A stretch of DNA of 54,505 bases, filler included, from Bipalium vagum (taxonomy: Eukaryota): the NCBI GenBank assembly GCA_037834085.1. It is 3 parts of 3 records of this genome, joined end to end, with 100 filler letters (N's around TTAATTAATTAA, not from the genome) between each part and the next. Parts side by side here need not be neighbours in the genome. Positions count along the whole stretch, not along the records: positions 1 to 21,398 come from JBBMKC010238114.1; 2 more parts are not named here. One strand, written 5' to 3'. Below, piece after piece: positions 1 through 10,568 of this stretch (its first letter is position 1; each line of letters starts with the position of its first letter). Under the pieces are notes generated by a model. That model was not told the DNA's origin and ran no database searches. It was given only the letters and a program-made list of their open reading frames with translations. The position numbers and the translations under genes were made by a program.

Positions 1-160
1 AAATCAAAGGGTTCATACACCAAATATTGATGGCATTTTATGTAATACTTTTGTATTAATTTTCTTTTTATACCCAATTTCATGTATCATTTATTAATAA
101 ATGTTATTATCGGATTTTTTCTGTTTTATCAGGGGGTGGACAATTCATTGGACCAAACTG
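1..160 (+). mobile_element. 3' end of a Tc1-like DNA transposon (transposase C-terminus plus right TIR)
   Basis: Positions 1-30 translate KSKGSYTKY*, resembling the typical Tc1 C-terminus (KGGxTKY*). The element ends ...GGACCAAACTG followed by TA (161-162), i.e. a CAGT-type TIR with a TA target site. Confidence 0.75.
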
Positions 161-507
161 TATCTACTGATAAACATCATTATCAATGTTAATATATCAA
201 CAAGAAACAATATTGACTAATAGAAAATCCGAGTTTCAAACTTTTAAATCGAATAATCAATCCTAGAAATAAATATGTTATAATTAAATTAATAAATCAA
301 TAAAAGTAATAAATATCATCATTTATCGAATAAATACAACGTCAAAGGACTCTTGGATCAAGTGAAGGTTTCTTTCTCGTTATCAACTCTTCACTTCTCA
401 TATATAACCTCTCACACGTTAATAAAGAAAATTGAGGTTTATTATAAGAATTAATAAATAATGATTATTAATAATTAATTAATAATCTAATAATTAAATA
501 ATAAATA

Positions 508-675
508 CAGTGAAACCTGTTAATTTGGGCACCTTTTATTTTGATCCTTTTATTTTTTGTTAATAAAAATTAAATACTGACTTTTGTTTTTATGGACCCT
601 TTATAATTTGGGCACCTTTATATTTCAGGCAAAATGTTCGGTCCCAGTGGTGCCCAACATTGACATGTTTCACTG
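508..675. mobile_element. 168-bp pogo/Tigger-type MITE in wls intron 2
   Basis: TIRs CAGTGAAACCTGTTAAT-TTGGGCACC and (reverse complement) CAGTGAAACATGTCAATGTTGGGCACC; TA on both sides (506-507, 676-677); an internal extra copy of TAATTTGGGCACCTTT. Confidence 0.85.
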
Positions 676-1315
676 TATATCACAAAAATCATCAGTAATT
701 AAGCTTATAGGAACACGATTTTTAGAATTAAAAAATTAATTAGTTTTAAGAGAAAAATCTTTTTACACATAAAACTACGATTAAGTGAAGGTGATCATTA
801 ATGCTGTGTGACATCAACCTCTGGAAGAACGGTCACAGTCAAATGAATCACAGGAACGATGAATAATAAAAACAATTTTTTCGCACCAGTGATCACCACC
901 GAAATGCGACCACTGTCTTCGGTGGGACAAATCTTTCTCATATGAGCTTCTGTTCTTCGTTAATCATTGGGAAGCGTGAAATAATTTGTGCTTTCTGGTG
1001 TCAAAAGCCAAAGCCAATGACCAGAACAGTGCGGATGGTTATCAGTAAATTTAGTGGTATAAAAAATTCGCGAAAAAATAATCATAAATATATTTTGACA
1101 TTTTTCCATCAAATCCACCCGTTCAAGTCGCTGTCATAATCGCAGAAATCGATAAGCGATAAACTGTCGAGTGGATATTTTCGTCAGATGGGAAATGTCA
1201 TTTGCCTTAGATTAAACGGAAAATCGGCTGTTGCCTGCATCTGGGAAAGTTGTGCTTTCGGGACATTTTATACATTAAGAAAATCGTTCAATTCCCAAGT
1301 ACAACTGCTACTTAC

Positions 1316-1654
1316 TATTGTAAATCCGCCATTTTGGTGGATTTCTACGACCCACAAATCTTCCAATTGTCCCAATCCTGTATTGATATTCCGTTCTCGA
1401 TCCATTGGTATTCGAATATTGAGCAAATATTCTTCGTAAAAACAGCTGCCCAACGAAAACAGCGGTAAAATTTCACAATCGTAAAAGTAGCCATCTATCG
1501 TTTGACCACTTTTCATTCTCTTTAAGGTGTCATCATCCAGTTTGCATCGAAGAGGTCTGACTTCTCTTGATCGTGCCATTTCAGTCCATCCAAAATCTCC
1601 TTTGTTTCTGTAGCCTAATCTCACATCTAAGGTTAACATAGTTTCGGTATCCAT
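1316..1654 (-). CDS. wls: Wntless/Evi (Wnt secretion factor), coding exon 2
   Basis: MDTETMLTLDVRLGYR...WTEMA...CEILPLFSLGS...YLLNIRIP...IHQNGGFTI matches the WLS lumenal domain (human WTEMAH...YLLNIRLP...IHQNGGFTKVW). AG acceptor at 1655-1656, GTAAGT donor at 1315; 339 nt, phase 0/0. Later exons were not found in 1-1315, so the gene continues outside the window. Confidence 0.95.
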
Positions 1655-1749
1655 CTAATAATAATAATAATATTATTAATATTAATATTAATAGTAACGT
1701 TGATTAAAAAATAATGTAAAAATAAAGAGATTGATTGAGACTGATAGTC

Positions 1750-2460
1750 ATTTAGGTTTTATTATAATAAGTTAGGCACAGGGAAGGTTACAATCCCCAC
1801 CACGAAGTCGGAAGAAGCAATTATAATATTTATATAATTTAAATTTGAAAAATTTTCCCATGACCAGTAAGATACCGCGAATAATAGGGAATGTACATTA
1901 AAGGCAGTTCGTGTAGGCGATAAATTTCATAAACAACTTTGTGTGAAGACCACATTCATGACATGATGTTTAATGTAAGGTCAACCAATGAATTTTTTCA
2001 CACTGTCTTGGATCTCGAGTGTTTTTAATTTAATCAGCTAATAATAACATCAACAATCGTAATAAACAAAATTGGTTCAGTGCTCGCGAAAATCTTCTGA
2101 AGATCACTTGTTAAAAGGAAGGTCATTGAAGGAAAAATTCAGAATTTATATAGATGCCAAATATAATTTAGGACCGTCATAAAGAAAAAATAGAGAATAT
2201 AAAAAAATATTTTGATAAAAGTCCTATTTTGTTAGGTGGCCCAAATAAAATAGTTCGGTTGACCAAAAGATGTTAAACCACAAGACTAAAGCTCATCGAG
2301 GAAGGTGTCCATTTAAGCAATGCTGGACCTTAGTATAAACCTTAGTATGAGCCAAAAATTATATCATTCCAATCCCAAACAGAATAGTTAGACAAGGCAG
2401 CACAATATACACTGGTGATGCAATAGTATATTGTGACTTAAACATAACATTTATACATGA
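1750..2460 (-). mobile_element. Possible degraded non-LTR retrotransposon (CR1/L2-like) 3' fragment
   Basis: Minus-strand reading LMYKCYVKSQYTIASPVY near 2410-2460 resembles the LYKxYVRPxLEYASPVW motif of CR1/L2 ORF2; the rest is heavily decayed. Confidence 0.3.
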
Positions 2461-2464
2461 GTCG

Positions 2465-2665
2465 GTTTGTCATAAATATCAGTTTATTGATTATGACCGC
2501 AATGTCCGCTCAGGACGTCGAAAGCTTCAACAACAAGATCAAAGAAAACCTGTGAACTATGCATGAAGCATATAATCACATCAGAGGTGATTTTCTTCAA
2601 GAATTCCTGTGGTTACATTACCATAATAGCTTGGAAGAAACTGTGAATTTGTTAATAAAACTGTA
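2465..2665 (+). mobile_element. Merlin (IS1595/ISXO2-like) transposase C-terminal remnant
   Basis: With one frameshift and one stop it reads VCHKYQFIDY...QDVESFNNKIKENL*TMH...RGDFLQEFLWLHY, matching the Merlin pattern H..F....G.HTQ.VES.....K.....L.EF.W. Confidence 0.65.
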
Positions 2666-3614
2666 TTTGTTGATTGTCAATTTCTCCTTATTTTTTAATT
2701 ATTGATATTCGTTTTTATTGTATGTCAAAAAACGTGATAGATAATTTTACATGTCACAAATAATACATGGGTCATAAAAAATTGTTACTTTTAGGTAAAA
2801 AATGACAAAGAAAAGTTTAGTTAAATGTAATTTTCAATTCTCCGTATTTTTATTATTTTATCAATTCTGTTGTAAAACAAGTGCGTCACACAAATGTTTT
2901 TAAGAAAAATTTTATTAATCTTATAAAAACTTCTAAAAGAAAAACGTGCTATAAAAATTACGTTTACCTCCATTCTCTAAATTTAATATCAGTTACCATG
3001 ACATTTAGGTTAATTGTGGAGATTGACATAACAGAACTAAACTAAAGGTGATTTCAAAGACTTATTTTTCATCATCAAAAGAAAAAAATAGCAAATAGTA
3101 AATACCAAAAAGTATTCTTGTGAATAAGGATAAAATATTATTTTTATGAATTTATTTTGTAAAAAATATATATTTAAAGTTAAAAATAATATATTAATTT
3201 AATAATTATTTACAAAGTCAATAAATCAATTTTAAAATCAAATCCTGAGGTGACGGTAATTTCTTCAATAAGTTAAAAATTTATAGATAATTTTATTCAA
3301 TATTTCATCGTATTTCCTTAATCTATACAATTAATTAAATAATATTGATTATAAAATTAATTGTATTTGAATTTTTATTAATTAAAATAATCTATTGTGA
3401 TTTGCTTCAATAAACCAATTTTTGGATTAAAAATTTGTATTTTAAATCTCCGTTCTTATATTAAATTCCAATTATTAATAATTTAATTATTAAGAATTAA
3501 GAATTAAACTTAATAATATAATAAATTATTTATTATTTTATTCCCAACAGGTTTTATTATTTCTGACATCTTCAATAAGTCATTTCTCATTTTTAATTAG
3601 TTCTCACCTATTTA

Positions 3615-3653
<39 letters not shown>
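3615..3653. repeat. (AAT)n microsatellite
   Basis: About 13 perfect AAT units read directly. Confidence 0.95.
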
Positions 3654-4197
3654 CACAATGGTTAATAATTCTCACTTCTGATTGAAACATGAATAACGAT
3701 GATTTGCTAAAAATTCTTATTAATTCTACATCGTTCATAAATAAATAAAAATAATATAAAAATTTTTAATCTGAAAAAAACATCCTTGGAAAGTTTTAGA
3801 AAGAAATTTTAATTAGAAAACTGTGAAAAATTAAAAAAGGCTAAGAAAAATAATTTATCTTCATTATTTATAATTCTTTCAATTTAACGCTGATAAATTT
3901 GATAGAGAAATGTGATTTAAAACAGCTGAACGGACCACTAAGCTTGTCAAGGATTATGGTGAAAGACGATGAAATATTATATCCGTTTATATATATATAT
4001 ATATTTATATTATCCAAAATATGAAATATTATTCTCAGAATATAATAAATATTTTTGTTATTATTACTATTGTAAATAAAAATCTCCTGAAATTCAGGTG
4101 GTTGTAAGAATCAAGGTAAAAAAGGTCTGACTAAACATAATTATAAAATAAATATATATAAGATCAAAACCAAAAAAGCCTATTATGGATCCATTAC

Positions 4198-4605
4198 CTC
4201 GATCTCCTTCATAAATTTGATATCCGTATTCAAAACGGCAATCAGCTGTTGAAACCATCGACTCATATTGAGACTGATTCCGTCTCGGGGCAGGGGAAAC
4301 TGGGCTGCAAATACGATTTGATCTGCAGTCAAATTTCGCCAAGGTATCGTCTTTTCCCCGGGTCCACTTTGCAATGTGTCCTTGCAAGTAATATCTCCAC
4401 CTTCCAGACGAGTGTAGAACCACTTATTGAAATTATTAGAAGGGTTTCTGTCAATACATTTCTCGGTGAGAACATTTGTATGTCCATGGGGAGTGGGAGC
4501 AATAAATCCTCCGACCAGAAAGCAGACCAACTGGCAACAAAAGACAATGCCGATAAAAATTCCCAATTTCTTCCAGCTTAACGTTTCAAGAACCACTCCA
4601 GACAT
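4198..4605 (-). CDS. wls: Wntless/Evi, coding exon 1
   Basis: ATG at 4605: MSGVVLETLSWKKL...FLVGGFIAP...KCID...MSRWFQQLIAVL..DIKF, matching the WLS N-terminus (human MAGAIIENMSTKKL...FLVGGLIAP...KCVD...MSPWFQFML). GTAATG donor at 4197; 408 nt; splices in frame to exon 2. Confidence 0.95.
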
Positions 4606-7119
4606 CGAGCGATAGAATTCGGTTTGATGATGATTCTGTGAATAATAGACTGTCAATAAAGCCGTGGGCTTTTTGATGATAAATGCAGCTCAAGTTCAGC
4701 AGAGAAAGCGCTTCCAGTCCGACGAATCCAATTGGCTTGGATGAAAAAAAATAACGAATGATCAACGCGGCATGTGTTTATCAATGATTCAGGTGGGTGT
4801 ACTAATGCATCATCAGCGTCACATCTCCATCATCGTCGGCGTCGTCATCATCATCGCCAGGCGGTGTGTGGATTTCCTGCATTACATCATTCCAAATGGA
4901 GATAATGAACGCAGTTTGGCCATTATTTGGCAACTTCATTACTTCACTGAGGAAAAAATTTCGTTTCCACTACTTTCACTTAATAAATCAATATCTCTTC
5001 GATAAGCCTCATCCAAATGCTTTTTAATCTTTACTTATACCTGTCTTCAAAGCAACACAATCCGCATTAAAGAATGATAAACCCTCTATTGATATCATCG
5101 AAATCATTCAATGAAAATAATATTCATTATTACCATTATATTATTATCATTATTGGTTGTTGTTGTTTTTAAAAATAATTTGATGACAAACCTCAGTAAT
5201 TGTCTTAAGATAACCAATACCACTTATTATTATGCAATGATCAGAGACCTAATCAAAATATTATATGAACATTTATTAAATGCAACTATGACACATAAAT
5301 ATTGCGTAATCATGATAAATGATAAAAAACTTACCGAGTAGTATAAAAAATGTTTATCAAATTTGTTTTCAAATTTTCTCAGTTAATTTAGTTGTTTCAA
5401 ATAAGTATGACCTTGAAGAGAATGTTAATAATTTATGTTGATTTAAGTTAAAAACAAACCATTTTGTTTATTTTAAATTTTAAGAATAAAATATATTTCT
5501 AATTTCATAATTTTAGAAGAAACTAACTCTTGTAAAAGATTTTTTTCCAGTTTAAGTTAATTCTTTTTATTAAACAATTATTACATAATAATTAGACTGA
5601 AATTCTATTCTTAAATATGAAACTTTAATGTTTTAAAGGACAATAAGTAACAGAATTTGATATTCTTAGAATTTTTTTATTAAAATAATATAACTAATTT
5701 AATTTCAGTTGGTTGGGTATATTTTTAGAAATTTCTTCTAGGAGAAACTTACTTTTTAATTAAAGATTTCGTTAAGGAAATAATACTAATAATAAATATT
5801 AAAAGTAATAATAATAATAATTTTATTGAAAATATAAATCAGAAATTTCATAAATTACGAAACTTAATTATTCCACAAAGCATTAATATGTCTCAGATCA
5901 TGTAGGTAGAAAATGATTTTCATAAATCTTTTTGTATCATTAAAGTGATATTAATTCTGATTAATAAGGGCTATGAAATGTTCTTAATTAATAGACTTCG
6001 CATTATTACTCTTCAGGTTTAAAAATAAATTTTATTGATACCTTAACGTCTTGCAAAAAATAGATATATCTTAAGTTAATTATTACGTAAATGGTGTAAT
6101 ATTCGCCAATGATGATTATATGACCCAAGGTAACCTTTATTACTAAATTAGTAATATTTTTAATTTTCTATTGATAATAATGAAATGGTTAATTTTGTCA
6201 ATAAAATATGATAATTTCACAACCGCATAAAAGTGTTTTGCGTTGAATAAAGAACCGAAAAGTGTTTAGAAAAATAAAAACATCTAATCAGATTAATCAA
6301 ATTCAAGTAAATTAAAAAGTTTAGGAGATTTTCAAATTTTAAAACACAAGATAATCTGAAAGATATCCATTAACATTCGCTTAACATAAGCCAAAAAATA
6401 TTATTTTTTCATAAAATAAAATTCGAACCTTATCAGCAAGGTAAAGGGAATCATCTTTTAAGTGAAAGTTCAAACCCAATACTTCATTTTAAAAGAATTG
6501 ATTCGGGCAAATAAATAATAATCAATATCAAATAATATTTCACATTTCTAAAGAAAATGTAATATTAATGATAATATATAATATAAAGAAAAATATAATA
6601 TGGTTAAGAAATATATATTTCTCATTAAAAATCACTCTTTTTTTTCTTTGATGATTATAAATAAAATATTTCTATTTTCAGCTGGTTACATAAATAGAAG
6701 TTTAACTGAAGGCTTTGGAAATGTTACTATCAAATGATGAAATGTTTAATAAACAGAAAATTATATTTAATTTACAAAATTAATAGACATTATAAAATTT
6801 ATTTTCATTTTAATTGGATTCGGATATCTTCACAACCTTGCTCTGTTTTTGATTTTTAATATTTTTTTCCTCTCCCTCTAGAAATCACCAGGAACAACAG
6901 CAAGGATAATATGGTATTCTAACAATAAAAATCAGCCACGTGAAATCATCAACAGATAAGAAACGTTCTGAGACAACTGGAATTCAAAAAGTTTAATATT
7001 CAAATGCCGGGAAGAAGATACTACTGCATTTCTGCATTAATTATTGTTTTTGATGAGACCACATGGTATCTCATAAAGAGATTAAAAGACTACCAGAGAA
7101 TTAGACTTTGATTTAAAAC

Positions 7120-7560
7120 CAGTGATCTCTAAATTTAAAAAAATTAAAGTTATAAAAAATGAAAACTACTGTCTAATTATGGATGAAATACAGTATATTG
7201 CGCATCTAGTTACAATATTATGCATTTGTTAATTGTGGTAGAAATACAGTTAAAGAATTTACTAGTCAGCAAGGTGGCGGGTCTTTTTTGTGGGGTATAT
7301 TAAGCATATAGTTTACTCACAACCAATTCTTTTATCACATTATTTGAAACTAAGAGTCATTGATAAATTTTGCCTCATGCCAATCGTATTTTTTGAAATA
7401 GCTTTCTTGCCTTATCCTGTCGATTACGTCCTTGTAATGAATATTTTGAACATATACAAATGTTGTGTGTCTTTATTTGATACTCTTAAATTAATAATCT
7501 TATATGGAGACTTCGAAAAAACTAACTTAAAAATATCCATTGATTTTTATGATTTAATAC
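7120..7560 (+). mobile_element. Highly decayed Tc1/IS630-like transposase remnant
   Basis: Across frames: CLIMDEIQ (first-D motif), SQQGGGSFLWGILS (like RQxGGGSVMVWG) and DYVLVMNILNIYK (decayed LVMDN..IH). Confidence 0.4.
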
Positions 7561-7967
7561 TAAAACATGAATAGAAACGATAATAAAAAATGCCGATGAA
7601 ATGTAAAAAAACAAATAATATTTTTTAAAATTAACATAAGTAATAAAAGAATAGTCGAACAAATTTTTTGATAATTATCCTTTTTTCTATTCAATAAAAC
7701 AAATAATATCTATTTAAATATGAAAATTATATCAAAATAAGCCTTATATATTTAATGAATTTTTCGCATCACCAAACCGATATTTTCCCTAAAAAATTGA
7801 TTTTCATATATTCATAAATGAATTTAAATGAGAATTTACCCAAAAACAGGCAAATATTATATATAAAATTTCTCTAAAATTTTATATTAATACAATAATA
7901 TTATTAAATATTAACAATTTAATCCCGTGTATTGATTTACACAATCTATTTCAACCTAAAATATGAA

Positions 7968-9626
7968 TTAACAATAATTAATGAATTCTTCAAAATTATT
8001 GAAAGCGTCGTAGTTGTTGTCTTCAATGATCGTGGAATATGAACAGGACAGTTGGTTTTCTTCGTTGATATCTTGTTGCTGAATATCAGACTCTTCAACT
8101 TTTTCGGTTTTTTGCAAAAATGAGAAATTGTCCGCCACTCCCAAAGAATTATAAAGTGTCTCAAATTCATCAATATTATAATCCACCGAACCCTTTATAT
8201 CAACATCTTCCATGACACCCAATTTCACAGCCATTTGTTGTACCGTTTCTAGTTTTATCCTCTTTGGTCGACCCCGAGGTTTAATCACTGTTATAAAAAG
8301 TTTAATGTTATAGTGTGAAGGATGATAAAACTTTTATAAAGTCTTAATAGAGATAATAACAATGAAAATCTTACTAGTCTGGGTCTCTTCCTCCTTTTCG
8401 TTGGTTACGACTTTTTTCGGTCTACCTCTTTTTCGCTTGGCAATTTCTAAGCTGGTATCTGTAGTTAATAAAGATGTCTCACTATGTGGTATCCCATCAC
8501 ACAACCTAGGCCTTCCGCGTTTTTTAACAGGAGGAGCAGTTTGGGTTTCTTGTACTGGTTGCGGATCTAATTTTGTTTGATAACGTGAGTCTTTATCGAT
8601 AACATTTCCGAAATGTTTATAAAAATGTGTCTCTGACATAATTAGGGAGTTGGTTGAAAAATTGCAGCCCAAAATCGGACAGTTAATTTTGCCGAAATCA
8701 TCTCTGGACAAATGCTTGTTTTTCAAGTCTTTGTGTTCTGTATTGATGTGGTCGCTTCTCTCTTCCTCATTATTAAAGGTCTGTTCACAGTAGCGGCACG
8801 CTGGACGCCTAGAAACTCTTTCGTTGTGGACTTTGGTTAAATGTAAGTTTAGTTTTATTTTGCATGTAAAAGAATTAAAGTCCGGACAATATGGGCATAT
8901 GATCTCCTTTTTGTGCTTATTAAAGTGGTCCTTTATTGCTTCCAGATCATGAGGCAACTTGGCAAAACATAACTCACAAGATATTGGGAGGTGGTCGAAT
9001 CTCTGACATTCTGAAATGTGATTATAAATGTCTTCAGGAGACTCGAATTCAGCTTGACATGTGATGCAGAACATTTTAATCTAAAAGGTAGAAATCGTGA
9101 AAATCATATTTGCAAATGATAAACGTACCACTTTCGATGCATTATAAGTACCAAGCTGGTGTTCCCTGGTCTCAAGATGGGACAAATAGGTGTCATATGA
9201 GTTGAACTGTTTTTCACACGGTTCACAATTGAACTGGATTTCGTTTTTCTTATGTCTGTTGAAGTGGGTTTTCATGTTAGACTTTTGCGTAAATTGCTTT
9301 TTACAAATGACACAGGTAAAGGGTTTCAAATTCAAATGAGAACGCATATGATGTCGAAACAGACCCCCATTATCAGTTTGATAGAAGCAATTTTCATGTT
9401 CGCATTGGTGCTTCTTAGGGGGCATATTGACATCTCTGTTGACATTGTGGATTTGTCTAGCATGGAGAAAAAGCTTCCCCAGATCCTCGAAATACAAAGG
9501 GCAGCTACTGCAAACAACCACTGTCACCTGGTGTATTGTCTTCATATGTTTCTTAAAAGATTCCGGACGCAAAAAAGTCATGGGACATTCGGAGCAGCAG
9601 TAAATGATCTTTTCAGAATTTTCCAT
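7968..9626 (-). CDS. Multi-C2H2 zinc-finger protein with three AT-hooks, 507 aa; exons 9129-9626, 8375-9080, 7968-8287
   Basis: Three ORF-track entries join in frame through GT-AG introns 9081-9128 (48 nt) and 8288-8374 (87 nt); total 1524 nt. About 9-10 CxxC...H...H fingers, including canonical KPFTCVICKKQFTQKSNMKTHFNRH; AT-hooks KKRGRPR, KRGRPKK, KPRGRPKR; acidic C-tail. Confidence 0.9.
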
Positions 9627-10568
9627 CTTGATAAATATTAATGATTACTTAATTTATACAAAAATAAAATCCAGACAAACTACACAATTTTATTAGAATA
9701 AATTAATAATACAATTTTTTTGTTTAAATCAATATTATTTAAACTATTTTTGTTGTTTTAAAAAGTTAAAAATTTTTTATATTTTTCACTTTACTTTACT
9801 TATAAAAACTTAACTTTTTATTTTTAAACTTAATTTTTAAGCTTTCTGTCATGATAAAAATAATAAAATAAAATTTTTACATTTAACTTTGGTTGTTTTA
9901 ATGTATTCACAATACACAAGTCTTATTTTTCACATTGACCTGGTATTATATACAATTTATTTTTGAAATAATTTCTTTTTTTAATGATAATCTTTTTAAA
10001 AAAAATCTTCTCAATATCATTTGGTGAAAAAAGGTAATTATAATTTTTAATAATAATAATAATAATAAATATTTGGGATTTGGATAATAATTTAACAAAA
10101 CTTTTCTAAAATATTAATAAATTTTTCTTTAAAAAATAACCAGTATTTAAGTTAGAAAATTATAACAAATAAACCTAACGATATTTTAGTTGAAATTATT
10201 TTATGTATAAAAATAAATTAATTAACATTTTTCCATTTATTAAAACAAAATATGAGTATCTTCATAAATATATTAAATTTCCACATTTTGCACTTAATGT
10301 ATTCTATCCCGAAATTAATAATCTTTTTATTGATAGTTAAGTATCATTTTTTCCTAAATAATGTCTTGTCCTTGATTTCCAAATATAATCATAAATTTTA
10401 TTATTATTTTTAATATCTCAAGAAACGGATTTATTTATAATAAAATTTATGACTTTTCTAATAATTATGAAAAATAATAAAATTTTATTATTATTGTGCT
10501 AATGAATTTTACAGATCACAAAAATGAAAGAACTGTCCGTTAAATGCATATTTCGGTTTTATTAAATA

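Noticed and set aside
942-1468. Plus-strand ORFs 942-1139, 1188-1439 and 1250-1468 (also 4249-4615, 8362-8580, 9252-9641, 33408-33659, 34436-34630)
   Set aside because: Antisense shadows of real minus-strand exons or intronic sequence; no recognisable protein features.
4606-4656. Longer wls N-terminus (MTVYYSQ...) in the ORF track
   Set aside because: It starts at a TTG; WLS homology begins at the ATG at 4605.
5111-5341. 76-aa ORF with a hydrophobic N-terminus
   Set aside because: The hydrophobicity derives from ATT/GTT simple repeats; no splice or homology support.
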